From assembly GCA_035279505.1 (NCBI GenBank), contig DATEHP010000075.1, positions 1,071 through 65,070 on the forward strand: a stretch of DNA of 64,000 bases. The letters are read 5' to 3'. The position numbers and the translations under genes were made by a program. Positions 1 to 10,071 of this stretch are shown piece by piece (the first letter of the stretch is position 1; the number at the start of each line of letters is the position of its first letter). The DNA comes from Candidatus Sulfotelmatobacter sp. (GTDB taxonomy: Bacteria > Acidobacteriota > Terriglobia > Terriglobales > Acidobacteriaceae). The notes under the pieces are model-generated. The model searched no databases. It had not been told where the DNA came from and saw nothing but the letters and a program-made list of their open reading frames with translations.

Positions 1-247
1 ACACAATGTTGCGCTTTTTCAACTGCAGGCGCAGGGCCCACCCATATTTGAGTCCGGACGAATGCCAGTCTTCTCCATCCAGTTTCAGCTCTCGTGGCAA
101 CTCTGTGACCAGTTGTTTCCATAGAGAGTAACTTTGTTCCAAGGCCACCTCGACCTCTTTCTCCGTCGGCCGCTCTGCTTTTCCGGCGAACGCATTCTGC
201 GAAACCGTGCTGCTCTGCTTCTTTTTTGCATTGACCGTCGTTTTCAC
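1..247 (-). CDS. DUF3788-like protein, N-terminal part (gene runs off the left edge)
   Basis: Own minus-strand translation from GTG at 247: VKTTVNAKKKQSSTVSQNAFAGKAERPTEKEVEVALEQSYSLWKQLVTELPRELKLDGEDWHSSGLKYGWALRLQLKKRNIV, open to position 1. The SY..W..L....W....KYGW.LRL..KKRNI pattern resembles DUF3788 proteins. It is absent from the ORF track because there is no stop in the window. Confidence 0.4.
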   Translation of the reverse strand, partial: MKTTVNAKKKQSSTVSQNAFAGKAERPTEKEVEVALEQSYSLWKQLVTELPRELKLDGEDWHSSGLKYGWALRLQLKKRNIV

Positions 248-535
248 CGGAACATACCCAATTTTCTCAGTCCCCAACCTGCGGCAATCCCGAATAGTGC
301 CAGGAACGTAAGACCGATTGCACGATCCACAAGCGTGCCTTTGCTCCAAGCCTGGAGCACGCCAATGAGTCAAACGAAAAACAGTCCGATCGCGCCGACC
401 GCAACAATTTTTAGAAACATGGGCACCCCTAAAGTCCTCAGAACCAAATAGGACATTCCTATCTTGCTCAATTGCTTCCCGGTGCGCAGTGACGCGAATC
501 ACGGCAAGAGCGGCGTTCCGGCCCCCTTCCGGACA

Positions 536-748
536 CTACCTGGAAGGATTCCCGAAATCTGCAGGCTTATACCCGGCACATTGCAGGACCGGCAATCGCG
601 GATACTTAGGAAAGCTCGGATCCGTCGCGGAGCGCTGACACATGTAGAAGACCGAACCACGGTCTGATTCCATCCGCCGTACGAATTGGCAGTCCGCACA
701 CAGTCCGACACCAGTCACGACGTTTTTTCTCGGTTCTTGACTCACCAT
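536..748 (-). CDS. small conserved Cys-rich hypothetical protein (about 70 aa)
   Basis: Inner ATG (748) of ORF 536..892. The product is MVSQEPRKNVVTGVGLCADCQFVRRMESDRGSVFYMCQRS..DPSFPKYPRLPVLQCAGY, with a C..C...C...C pattern and an FPKYP motif that I recall from small conserved bacterial proteins. The family name is unknown to me. Confidence 0.5.
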   Translation of the reverse strand: MVSQEPRKNVVTGVGLCADCQFVRRMESDRGSVFYMCQRSATDPSFPKYPRLPVLQCAGYKPADFGNPSR

Positions 749-967
749 CTGAGGATACAAGCTCGACCAGAAGTACGGCGGACCTGCGGACACCCTCATG
801 CGGTATTCAACGCGGGAATGCGCGAACGACTGGGGCCGATGAAGTTGAGGTTTAGGTGAAGACAGCAACCATCGGCTGTCCGTCGAACGCAACTCGACCC
901 CTTTTCATCCCCATTTGGCGCGTCCGAGCACGACGTTCCGCAACTCTTTCGGTATACTGACAAAGAC

Positions 968-1498
968 ATGCCGGTTCTGAAAAACATTGCGGCGATCGCC
1001 AAGGGCATGAGCATCACCTTTTCGGAGATGTTCCGGCCTACGATCGTCGAGAATTATCCTGACGGGAAGGGCCCGCTGCGCGGCGCCCGCATTGAAGCCC
1101 GTTTCCGCGGCGCACACGTGCTGCAGCGCGACGAAAACGGCCTTGAAAAGTGCGTCGCCTGTTTTCTCTGCGCGGCGGCTTGTCCGTCAAATTGTATTTA
1201 TATCGAAGCCGCCGAGAACACGGCAGAGAACCGCGTCAGCGGCGCCGAGCGCTATGCGAAGGTCTATAACATCGATTACAACCGCTGTATTTTCTGCGGA
1301 TACTGTGTCGAGGCCTGTCCGACCGATGCTATCACGCACGGTCACGGATTCGAACTGGCGACCTTCAACGCCACCAATCTTGTGTACCGCAAGGAGCAAA
1401 TGCTGGCCCCACGGCCAGCACACATGGGAGCCAATATCGTATTCAATCAGGCCGACGTGAATGGTGGGGCGCCGGCAGAAATGGTGCCGGGGAGCTAG
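968..1498 (+). CDS. nuoI: NADH-quinone oxidoreductase subunit I (2x[4Fe-4S] ferredoxin subunit)
   Basis: Two CxxCxxCxxxCP motifs ([24 protein letters not shown]) in the NuoI-typical context RFRG.H.L.R...G.EKC.AC and [12 protein letters not shown]. Confidence 0.85.
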   Translation: MPVLKNIAAIAKGMSITFSEMFRPTIVENYPDGKGPLRGARIEARFRGAHVLQRDENGLEKCVACFLCAAACPSNCIYIEAAENTAENRVSGAERYAKVYNIDYNRCIFCGYCVEACPTDAITHGHGFELATFNATNLVYRKEQMLAPRPAHMGANIVFNQADVNGGAPAEMVPGS

Positions 1499-1580
1499 AC
1501 TTCCAGCGATTTTCGCTAACGATCTCACGCCGGTCCATTCGCGACCGGCGTTCGTGCATGTGACGCACACGAAGCAAAAC

Positions 1581-4500
1581 ATGACTGATTTCTTACAAAC
1601 CGTACAGGAACGCGTCGTCATCTACGACGGCGCCATGGGCACCAACATCCACAAGCGCAATCCTACTCTGGACGATTATTGGGGCAGAGAGAACTGCAAC
1701 GAAGTCCTGGTGCTGAGCCGTCCCGACATCATTCGCGACATCCATGCGGACTTTTTTCGCGCGGGCTGCGACGTCGTCGAAACGGATACCTTTCAAGGAT
1801 CCAGGGTCGCACTCGCAGAATTTAATCTAGGTGACCGGGTTCACGAGATTAATGTGAAGGGCGCGCAAATCGCCAAAGAGATAGCGCAGCAATTCTCGAC
1901 AAAAGATCGGCCACGGTTTGTCGCCGGATCGATGGGCCCGACCACGAAATTGCCGTCTCTCGGGCACATTGGCTTCGACGCGATGGTAGCAGCGTACGAA
2001 GAGCAGGCATTGGCACTTATCGAGGGTGGGGTCGATATCCTGCTGATTGAGACTGCGCAGGATTTATTGCAAGTAAAGATCGCTACTATCGGTGTGCTCG
2101 AGGCCATGCTGAAATCGGGCAAGCGATTGCCCTTACAGGTTCAGGTCACGCTTCAGGACGAAAGAGGAGCAATGCTCCTGGGCACGGAAATCGGTGCCGC
2201 GCTGACTGCTCTAGAGCCTTTCGACATCGATGCGATTGGAATTAACTGCGCAACCGGTCCAAAGGAAATGAACGATTCGGTGCGCTATCTGGGGCTGAAT
2301 TCGACAAAGCACATATCCGTGCTGCCGAACGCGGGCCTGCCCCAAAATGTCGGCGGTCTCGCGGTCTACAATCTCTCTCCGCAAGAACTAGCTGACTATC
2401 ACAAGCATTTCGTCCAGGATTACGGAGTCCGCATCGTCGGCGGCTGCTGCGGCACGACTCCGGAACACCTGAAAGCCGTGGTGGACGCAGTTTCTGGCAT
2501 CGAACCAGCCAAGCGCGAGGTCAAACGCGTGGGCGCGGCCTCCAGCGCTTACACCAGCGTTCCTTTGGACCTCGAGCCTAAGCCTCTGATCGTCGCCGAG
2601 GAGATGAATACGACCACGCGTGTCGATCATTTCCGCAAGCTCGTTCAGTGCAAGAAATACGACGAAATCCTGGCGCTCGCCAAGAAGTTGGTGAACGAGG
2701 GCTCGCACATGCTGGACTTGTGCTGCGCCATCGTCGGCGAAGATGAGAAGGGATACATCACGTCAATCCTCGAAAAGATCGCCACTCGAGTTCCCGCGCC
2801 GATCCTGGTCGATTCCACCGAGGCTGACGTTGTTGAAGAGGCGCTGAAGCGTATTCCTGGCCGCGCCATCATCAACTCCATCAATCTCGAAGATGGCGAG
2901 AAGCGCACATCGAAGGTCTTGCCGATGGCGAAGCGTTACGGTGCCGCCGTCATCGCGTTGACCATCGACGAAGATGGCATGGCGCTCACCGCCGATAAGA
3001 AGGTCGCGATCGCGCGTCGTATCCACGATCTTGCGACGCAGAAGTACGGCCTCGACTCGACAGACCTCATTTTCGACGCACTCACGTTACCTATTTCCAC
3101 CGGTCAGGAGGAATACCGCACCGCCGGAATAGAGACCCTCAAAGCCGTCGAGCGCATCAAGAAAGAATTGCCCCAGGTCAAAACGATTCTGGGCGTCAGC
3201 AATATCTCTTTCGGCCTCGACGCCTACCCGCGCCGCGTCTTGAACTCCGTCTTCATGCACGAGGCCGTCAACCATGGCCTCGACATGGCCATCGTCAACT
3301 ACACCAAGATTTATCCGCTGTATAAGATCCCGCACGAGGAGGTCGAACTCGCCCACAAGCTGATCTACCGCGACAATTCTGCCGGCGATCCCTTGCAGGT
3401 ATACATGGCGCACTTCGCTGGCATCAAGGGCAAGCCTGTGGCCTCGACCACGGCGCATGTCGACACGCTCTCCGTGGAAGACAAACTGAAGTTCGCCATC
3501 ATTAACGGTGAAAAGTCTGTCGGCGAAGGTGAACACAAGAAGTCGCTTGAGACCCTGCTCGATGATGCCCTCTCCAGCTATTCCCCGCTGGAACTGATCA
3601 ACACTGTCTTGCTCGATGGCATGAAGACAGTGGGCGATCTGTTTGGGGCGCGCAAGATGCAGTTGCCTTCGGTTCTCGATTCCGCCGGAGTCATGAAGCA
3701 GGCTGTCGCTTACCTTGAGCCCAAGATGGAAAAGAAATCCGGCTCGCAGAAAGGCACGATCGTGCTGGCGACGGTGAAGGGCGATGTGCACGACATCGGC
3801 AAAAACCTGGTCGACATCATCCTTTCGAACAATGGTTTCAAGGTGGTCAACCTCGGAATCAAGCAGCCGGGCGACTCGATTATCCGTGCGGCGCAAGAAC
3901 ATCAAGCGGACGCCATCGGCCTCAGCGGCCTGTTGGTGAAATCAACGCTTGAGATGAAATACGTCATCCAGGACCTCGAGCGCCAGAAACTAGCCTTTCC
4001 CGTCATTTGTGGCGGCGCTGCGCTCACCCGCAAATACGTGGAAGACGATCTCCGCCGCGAATACGCGAACGGCGTCTTCTACGCTGACGATGCCTTCGCC
4101 GGCTTGCACATCATGGAAGACTTGGCGACTGCCGACGGAGCACGAGTTGCACGCATTGCAGAAGGCCGCACCGTAAAGGAATATGCCAAGGCTGCGGCGG
4201 TCGACGAAGAAACCGGCCCAGTCTTCGCTGAGCGCAGCCCCGTCGTAACCGACGCACCGAATAGTCCAACGCCTCCGTTCTGGGGCGCGCGGGTCAAGAA
4301 AGACTACAGCTTGCGTGAGCTTTTCAGTTACATCAACGAGACCGCACTCTTCAAGAATCAATGGCAGCTCAAGACTGCGTCGCAGGCGGATTACTTGCGA
4401 CTGGTCGAAGAAAAGTTTCGCCCGGTCCTGCGCAAGCTCGAGGATGAAGTTTTTGAGTCCGGCTTGTTCGCACCCGCAGTGGTGTACGGATACTTCCCTG

Positions 4501-5093
4501 CCCAGAGCGAGTGGAATGACGTGATCGTGTACGAGCCGCCGAAGGCACAGGTTGCGCGTCCTTGCGGCACCCGCTGGGAGGAAGGACTTCCCGAACTCCT
4601 GCGTTTCACCTTCCCGCGCCAGAAAGAGGGCCGCCGGCTTTCCATCGCTGACTTCTTCGCGCCAAAATCGTCCGGGAAGATGGACGTGCTCGGCGTCTCG
4701 CTCGTCACCATCGGCCCCGCCGCCAGCGTGGAAACGCAGCGACTCTTCGAAGGTGGCGAGTACACCAAATATCTATACCTCCATGGCCTGAGCGTCGAAA
4801 CCGCCGAAGCCCTGGCTGAATTCCATCACAAGAAGATGCGCGAGGAATTGGGCATTAGCGGAGAAGACTCCCCGGAAATCCGCGATCTCTTCCACCAGAA
4901 GTATCGCGGATCGCGCTATTCCTTCGGCTACCCGGCGTGCCCAAATCTGGAAGACCAGACCAAGCTCTTCACACTCCTGAGGCCGGAGGAGAACGTCGGC
5001 GTGCGGCTCACCTCAGGATTCCTTCTCGAGCCTGAGCAGAGTACTTCCGCGATTGTGGTCCATCATCCCGCGGCCAAGTATTTCGTAGTGTGA
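1581..5093 (+). CDS. metH: cobalamin-dependent methionine synthase
   Basis: A 1170-aa product from the inner ATG ([22 protein letters not shown]). It shows Hcy-binding, pterin-binding, B12-binding (GDVHDIGKN) and AdoMet-activation regions in MetH order. The listed start at 1461 overlaps the nuoI 3' end. Confidence 0.95.
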   Translation: MTDFLQTVQERVVIYDGAMGTNIHKRNPTLDDYWGRENCNEVLVLSRPDIIRDIHADFFRAGCDVVETDTFQGSRVALAEFNLGDRVHEINVKGAQIAKEIAQQFSTKDRPRFVAGSMGPTTKLPSLGHIGFDAMVAAYEEQALALIEGGVDILLIETAQDLLQVKIATIGVLEAMLKSGKRLPLQVQVTLQDERGAMLLGTEIGAALTALEPFDIDAIGINCATGPKEMNDSVRYLGLNSTKHISVLPNAGLPQNVGGLAVYNLSPQELADYHKHFVQDYGVRIVGGCCGTTPEHLKAVVDAVSGIEPAKREVKRVGAASSAYTSVPLDLEPKPLIVAEEMNTTTRVDHFRKLVQCKKYDEILALAKKLVNEGSHMLDLCCAIVGEDEKGYITSILEKIATRVPAPILVDSTEADVVEEALKRIPGRAIINSINLEDGEKRTSKVLPMAKRYGAAVIALTIDEDGMALTADKKVAIARRIHDLATQKYGLDSTDLIFDALTLPISTGQEEYRTAGIETLKAVERIKKELPQVKTILGVSNISFGLDAYPRRVLNSVFMHEAVNHGLDMAIVNYTKIYPLYKIPHEEVELAHKLIYRDNSAGDPLQVYMAHFAGIKGKPVASTTAHVDTLSVEDKLKFAIINGEKSVGEGEHKKSLETLLDDALSSYSPLELINTVLLDGMKTVGDLFGARKMQLPSVLDSAGVMKQAVAYLEPKMEKKSGSQKGTIVLATVKGDVHDIGKNLVDIILSNNGFKVVNLGIKQPGDSIIRAAQEHQADAIGLSGLLVKSTLEMKYVIQDLERQKLAFPVICGGAALTRKYVEDDLRREYANGVFYADDAFAGLHIMEDLATADGARVARIAEGRTVKEYAKAAAVDEETGPVFAERSPVVTDAPNSPTPPFWGARVKKDYSLRELFSYINETALFKNQWQLKTASQADYLRLVEEKFRPVLRKLEDEVFESGLFAPAVVYGYFPAQSEWNDVIVYEPPKAQVARPCGTRWEEGLPELLRFTFPRQKEGRRLSIADFFAPKSSGKMDVLGVSLVTIGPAASVETQRLFEGGEYTKYLYLHGLSVETAEALAEFHHKKMREELGISGEDSPEIRDLFHQKYRGSRYSFGYPACPNLEDQTKLFTLLRPEENVGVRLTSGFLLEPEQSTSAIVVHHPAAKYFVV

Positions 5094-5100
5094 TGCGACT

Positions 5101-7425
5101 CTAGAACGAGGTCTGAAGCCGGAGTGCGTAACTCCGCGATGGCGTAATCGCATTGCCTGAGAACAGTCCGCCGAAGTCGATCACGTTCAGCCGGTTGTTC
5201 AGGTCTGTGACGTCTGCCTGGAGGTTCATTGTAAAGTGATCGTTCTTGTGCAGCTCAGCCCCAACAGATGCGCCGATATCCATTGATGACCGAACCCGCC
5301 CGTACGCAAAATCAACACGGTCAACAACCGCTTGTCCGTATTGTGCCAGGGCCTGCTGGTAAGTGCTGGTAAATACGCTCGGCACAAACGGCAGTCCGCT
5401 GCCGTATTCGGCCGACCCCGCGACCCACACTCGAGGTAACAGCTGGTAACGCACGCGGGCACGCATAGTATGGCGCTGATCCTGCGAATCCGGAAAATGC
5501 CCGCTCAACGTGCTTTCGGCACTAACCACGTCGTCTCCAAGAAAAAGACCACCGGTGACCGGGAACCAGACGTTACCAACCATATAGGAATAGCTGGCGT
5601 ATCCGGAAAAGCGTCCCCATTTCGGGATGTCAATCTTTGCTTCCGCGCCATAAATCACGGCTTTGTTGAATGCGATCGGAAAGCTGACGGCCGTGTTCAG
5701 AATCTGATCGTCATCCGCGAAGTTATTCGCATATCGCCGGTAATAGTTGACATCAAGGCGAGCCTGACCAAGCAGAGACTTGCTTCCACCGATCTCGAAA
5801 TAGTTTCCGTGAGAGGATTCCACCGGCAACCGCAAGACGTTGGGATTGAGTGATACCACCTGCGCGGAACTCGACAGCAAGATGTTCTCTGCCGAAGGCG
5901 TCTGGAATACACGGTCGTACGAGGCATGCATCACTAGACCTGCAGCCGGAAAGTATCGCGCGATTGACAGCCGCGGGCTGACCGCATTCTGGTTGGCCAG
6001 TAGTTGGTAATGGTCCCAGCGCAAGCCTGCGCTCACGGTCCAGTTTCCGAGACGAATCAAATCCTGCACGTAGGCCGACTCCTCCAAGTCGGGCCGGTCA
6101 TTCGCAAATGCGAAGGACGCAGGTGTGCCGGGATCGAATCTTGTCGGATCCGTAATGACATCGCTGAATTTTTCATGCAGAAAAAACGCGTCTGACTCAA
6201 GCCCTATCTTCCACTCCTGTCGCCCGTGGTGTACCGACAGAGAGCTGTTGAAATAACCCTCCCGGAAACTATTGTTCAGGAATGCGATCACTGGTGTTGA
6301 CTGGAGATTCGAGGCGAGATCGCTGGAATTGTCGCGCACCATCCCACGAACCGCACCCAACGCATTTGCCGAAAACAAGTGCTGATAAGAAACAATTCCG
6401 ATAGTTTCGAAGTTGTCCGCATCCTGCCGCTGGCCGGAGGCCTGCTGCAGCTGCTCATTCGGAATCTGAAATCGCGATAGAGAGTGCCGGACGATCAATC
6501 CCAGCCGATCATGCTCGCTGAGATCGCGCTCGTAGTGCAGTCCGAAGTCGCCGGTTGTCCCCCGGTTGGTGAAATTCTCCGGCACCACAGGATTTAGATA
6601 ATGACTCGTCATACTTCCGGAGCCGCTTCCTCCCAGCGTGTTCTTTTTCCAAGCGTATTGCGCCTGGCCGGACGCCCCCGCCGTCTCAAAGGTGCCGCCA
6701 GAAACATCCAACTGCCCATGAATCCCCGGCTTAGCTCCTTTTAGGGTGTTCACTTCGATGACGCCCCCCATCTTGCGTCCAAATTCAGCCGGAATGCCCG
6801 CGGTGTAGACACTCAGAGAATCTACGTCATCAGCATCGATCTCGGGACCCAGGCCGGGCGAGCGGTTATCCGTCAGCGGGATTCCATCGACTACGAATTG
6901 CGTCTGATACTCTGCCCCACGCGGATGCAGCACCGCATTTCCCTCATAAAGCCATCCCGGCTGCGAGTTGACCAACTCTTGTAGCGAACGCCCGGGCAGC
7001 GAGGTTGTGCGCATCTCGATCGTTGTCGAACCAATCTCGTTGGCAGAATTTGCCCGGTGAGGGTCAAGCAGTGTCGGTAAACCTTGGACCGTCACTGTTG
7101 CGCTAACGGAAGGAAGCGTGAGCACAATGGAATACTGGACAGGAATCGCTGAGCGGACTTCGATTTGGGCCGAGACGGGCGCGAATCCCGCCTCTCGAAT
7201 CAACGCCCGGTACACGCCAAATGGCAGCCGCTTGGCAACAAGAGCGCCCGAGTCATCAGTCTCCAAATTGTCGCGGAAGTCGTTAGCCTCGCATACCAGT
7301 TCAACCACCGTCCTGACCCCGGCGCCCTGTAGATCCCGCACTCTGAGATGCAATTCTCCAGAGTTGCCCTGGGCCAAAATAGGTAGAGCCACCATAAGGA
7401 CGACGAGATTTAGCGGCAGACGCAC
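5101..7425 (-). CDS. TonB-dependent-receptor-like outer membrane protein with N-terminal carboxypeptidase-regulatory-like domain
   Basis: A GTG at 7425 gives the signal peptide MRLPLNLVVLMVALPILAQG. A CarboxypepD_reg-like beta-sandwich comes first, then plug/barrel-like sequence. The C-terminus ends in aromatic F (LRLQTSF), typical of OMP barrels. The start is uncertain. Confidence 0.75.
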   Translation of the reverse strand: MRLPLNLVVLMVALPILAQGNSGELHLRVRDLQGAGVRTVVELVCEANDFRDNLETDDSGALVAKRLPFGVYRALIREAGFAPVSAQIEVRSAIPVQYSIVLTLPSVSATVTVQGLPTLLDPHRANSANEIGSTTIEMRTTSLPGRSLQELVNSQPGWLYEGNAVLHPRGAEYQTQFVVDGIPLTDNRSPGLGPEIDADDVDSLSVYTAGIPAEFGRKMGGVIEVNTLKGAKPGIHGQLDVSGGTFETAGASGQAQYAWKKNTLGGSGSGSMTSHYLNPVVPENFTNRGTTGDFGLHYERDLSEHDRLGLIVRHSLSRFQIPNEQLQQASGQRQDADNFETIGIVSYQHLFSANALGAVRGMVRDNSSDLASNLQSTPVIAFLNNSFREGYFNSSLSVHHGRQEWKIGLESDAFFLHEKFSDVITDPTRFDPGTPASFAFANDRPDLEESAYVQDLIRLGNWTVSAGLRWDHYQLLANQNAVSPRLSIARYFPAAGLVMHASYDRVFQTPSAENILLSSSAQVVSLNPNVLRLPVESSHGNYFEIGGSKSLLGQARLDVNYYRRYANNFADDDQILNTAVSFPIAFNKAVIYGAEAKIDIPKWGRFSGYASYSYMVGNVWFPVTGGLFLGDDVVSAESTLSGHFPDSQDQRHTMRARVRYQLLPRVWVAGSAEYGSGLPFVPSVFTSTYQQALAQYGQAVVDRVDFAYGRVRSSMDIGASVGAELHKNDHFTMNLQADVTDLNNRLNVIDFGGLFSGNAITPSRSYALRLQTSF

Positions 7426-7802
7426 AAGGCGGGAGCCTTCATGATAGCAGCCGTACAAGGCGTTATTTTGGTTTACAGCTAAGCTGATCCAAGGGCCGTG
7501 TGCCGCCACTTTTTACAAATTGCAAACATTCTGATGACAAAATCCGCAGGAGTGTAGGGGAAACTTCTCCCCAGGTCCTCGATGTGACCCTCAGGCCCAA
7601 CAGAGAGGACCACGAACTTCAAGCCTTCCGTCACCGGGGAGGCTTTGGGGGAAAACTGGCGCTCGTACCGCAGGGGGTGCGGGCGCCGTTTTGTGGCCTC
7701 GTCATTCTGTGATCCACAACGGGTGTCACTGTACCGTCACTGCTGCCATTCGCCTCAACTGTTACAATTTTTGTACCGGTCAGAACAGGAGGCCTTTCGC
7801 CT

Positions 7803-7820
7803 CGTTGCCAAGTGGCAACG
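7803..7820. promoter_or_regulatory. perfect 18-bp palindrome CGTTGCCA-AG-TGGCAACG about 45 nt upstream of nrdR
   Basis: The 8-bp arms are exact reverse complements with a 2-nt spacer, read directly. This is a possible operator or small hairpin in the 355-nt nrdR leader. Confidence 0.3.
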
Positions 7821-7864
7821 CTGAAGCTTGGGACTTGCCTCGAGTATCTGATCCGCCAGCCGCC

Positions 7865-8326
7865 ATGAAATGTCCTTTCTGTGGATTTGCGAATGACAAG
7901 GTAGTGGACTCGCGCGAGAGCAAGGAAGCCGATTCGATCCGGCGTCGCCGCGAGTGCCTCAAATGCTCCAAGCGCTTCACGACCTACGAGCGCATCGACG
8001 AGATCCCCTACATGGTGGTCAAGAAAGACGGCCGCCGCGAAAAGTTTGACCGGCAGAAGGTTCTGAACGGCCTGCTGCGCGCCTGCGAGAAGCGCCCCGT
8101 ACCGATCAGCAAGCTCGAACAGATCGTGAACGAAACCGAGTCGTTCGTCATCGAATCCTCTGAGCGCGAACGGAAGACGAGCGAACTCGGCGAATTAATC
8201 ATGAATCGCCTGCGCCGGTACGACAAAGTCGCCTACGTGCGATTTGCCTCGGTGTACCTCGACTTCAAGGACGTGAAAGAGTTCATGAATGAACTCAAGG
8301 ATCTGGTCAAAACAAAGATTGGATAG
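7865..8326 (+). CDS. nrdR: transcriptional repressor NrdR
   Basis: The inner ATG gives MKCPFCGFANDKVVDSRESKEADSIRRRRECLKCSKRFTTYE, which is the NrdR zinc ribbon, followed by an ATP-cone. The product is 153 aa. Confidence 0.93.
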   Translation: MKCPFCGFANDKVVDSRESKEADSIRRRRECLKCSKRFTTYERIDEIPYMVVKKDGRREKFDRQKVLNGLLRACEKRPVPISKLEQIVNETESFVIESSERERKTSELGELIMNRLRRYDKVAYVRFASVYLDFKDVKEFMNELKDLVKTKIG

Positions 8327-8341
8327 AGACAAACGAGGAAC

Positions 8342-9352
8342 ATGAGTCATAAAGTTACCCTCATTCCCGGCGACGGAATCGGCCCCGAGGTTACAAACGC
8401 TGTCGTCCGCATTCTGGAAGCGACCGGGATTAAGTTCGAGTGGGAAACCTTCGCCGTCGGCGCCGAAGCCTACGAGAAATACGGCGAATATATCCCCAAA
8501 GACCTCATTGCGTCGCTGGAACGCACGCGCGTCGGCCTGAAAGGTCCAGTCACAACGCCCGTGGGAGGCGGCTTTCCGAGCATTAACGTCGCCCTGCGAA
8601 AGAAATTTGAGCTTTACGCTAACTTCCGCCCGATTCGGAACCTGCCGCACATCCCCACGCGCTATCCCGATGTCGACCTTATCATCGTCCGCGAAAACAC
8701 CGAAGGCCTTTACTCCGGCCTTGAGCATGAGGTCGTGCCAGGTGTGGTCGAGAGCCTGAAGATCATGACCGAAAAGGCTTGCACGCGTATCGCCAAGTTC
8801 GCCTTTGAGTATGCCCGAAAGAACCAGCGCAAAAAGATTCACGCTATCCACAAAGCCAACATTATGAAGCTGTCCGATGGTCTCTTCCTGCGTTGCTCTC
8901 GCTCTGTGGCGAAGGACTATCCGGAAATCACCTACGCAGAACACATTGTCGACAACACCTGCATGCAACTCGTTATGAATCCCTATCAGTACGACATGCT
9001 GGTGATGGAGAACCTCTACGGTGACATCCTGTCTGATCTCTGCGCTGCATTTGTCGGAGGTCTGGGATTTGTTCCCAGCGCGAACCTTGGCGACGAATGT
9101 GCGGTGTTCGAAGCGGTGCACGGTTCGGCTCCCGACATCGCCGGCAAGAATCTGGCCAATCCGACCGCGCTGCTGCGGTCTGCCCTGTTGATGGTGCGCC
9201 ATCTCGACGAGCACGCCGCTTCCACGCAGATCCGCAACGCCCTGGAGCGTGTCTACCGCCACCGCGAGAAACTGACCCGCGACATCGGCGGACAGGCTGG
9301 CACTTCAGAATTCGCCGATGCCGTGATTGCCGAGATGCAATCGTCTAGCTAA
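8342..9352 (+). CDS. isocitrate dehydrogenase, NAD-dependent type (isocitrate/isopropylmalate dehydrogenase family)
   Basis: LIPGDGIGPEV, LKGPVTTPVGGGFPSINVALRKKFELYANFRP and NLYGDILSD are hallmarks of the beta-decarboxylating dehydrogenase family. At 336 aa it resembles the NAD-IDH subfamily most. Homoisocitrate or tartrate DH is not excluded. Confidence 0.75.
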   Translation: MSHKVTLIPGDGIGPEVTNAVVRILEATGIKFEWETFAVGAEAYEKYGEYIPKDLIASLERTRVGLKGPVTTPVGGGFPSINVALRKKFELYANFRPIRNLPHIPTRYPDVDLIIVRENTEGLYSGLEHEVVPGVVESLKIMTEKACTRIAKFAFEYARKNQRKKIHAIHKANIMKLSDGLFLRCSRSVAKDYPEITYAEHIVDNTCMQLVMNPYQYDMLVMENLYGDILSDLCAAFVGGLGFVPSANLGDECAVFEAVHGSAPDIAGKNLANPTALLRSALLMVRHLDEHAASTQIRNALERVYRHREKLTRDIGGQAGTSEFADAVIAEMQSSS

Positions 9353-9444
9353 TCGACCGCACCACCTAACCACTGGTGAGTGACCTTTCGTGCAGTGATT
9401 CTATACGCGTACGATCCTATGATTTCAGAATGAAGGAGATATCC

Positions 9445-10071
9445 ATGAAATCATCGCTTGGGGCATTGGCAGGTTTCGCCTGCATGCTTTTGCTGGCAAG
9501 TTCGGCAATGGCGCAGGGTGGTGAACTCGTAGGCGCGGAGTGGGGAGTTCCAGGACGCAAGGTCGACGTAACGGCACGTGTCCGAACTTTCATCCATGAC
9601 GGCGTGCTGCAACTTGAGGTTACCCGTTTTAATCTGGGGATCGATCCGGCTCCGCACGAGAACAAAGTTCTGGTCATCCGGTTGCGTGAGTGGGATGGCG
9701 ATGTGAAAGACTATAGCTATCCGGAGCGCAGCGTTGCACGGATCGAACTGGATCCCGAGGACTGGCATGCGCGCCGTGAAGAGCATGCGCGACATGACCG
9801 CGACGAACGCCCTGACCAGGCTTACGACCGCCGCGGGCGAGGGGTACAGATTCTGCGCGCGTATTACGGAGCCGACGGGCAGTTCATGAATGTAACCGAG
9901 GCTTTACGCAGCCGGGTTGACGACGGCCGCCTTTACCTGCGGGTCGACAACTACAGCATGGGTGGGGATCCGGCGCCCGGCGTCCACAAGCGTTTGCGCA
10001 TCATGTACACAATCGGCGGAGATCGCCGGAATGTTGTGGTTGACGAAAAAACCGACCTACAGTTGCCGTAA
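9445..10071 (+). CDS. secreted hypothetical protein with an internal two-module duplication
   Basis: AAGGAG sits 6 nt upstream of the ATG at 9445. The signal peptide is MKSSLGALAGFACMLLLASSAMAQ. There are two homologous modules (..DVTARVRTFIHDGVLQLEVTRFNLGIDPAPHENKVLVIRL.. and ..NVTEALRSRVDDGRLYLRVDNYSMGGDPAPGVHKRLRIMY..). Confidence 0.6.
   Translation: MKSSLGALAGFACMLLLASSAMAQGGELVGAEWGVPGRKVDVTARVRTFIHDGVLQLEVTRFNLGIDPAPHENKVLVIRLREWDGDVKDYSYPERSVARIELDPEDWHARREEHARHDRDERPDQAYDRRGRGVQILRAYYGADGQFMNVTEALRSRVDDGRLYLRVDNYSMGGDPAPGVHKRLRIMYTIGGDRRNVVVDEKTDLQLP

Noticed and set aside
1461-1580. Upstream extension of metH overlapping the nuoI 3' end
   Set aside because: The MetH homology begins at [22 protein letters not shown] (ATG 1581). 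The extension is Arg-rich and overlaps nuoI.
7510-7864. Cobalamin or other riboswitch in the long nrdR leader (GGGGAAAC and GGGGGAAAACTGGCG segments)
   Set aside because: I could not find a B12 box (..AGYCMGGAGACCKGCC..) or the GCCACTG core in the right order. This needs cmscan for a definitive answer.
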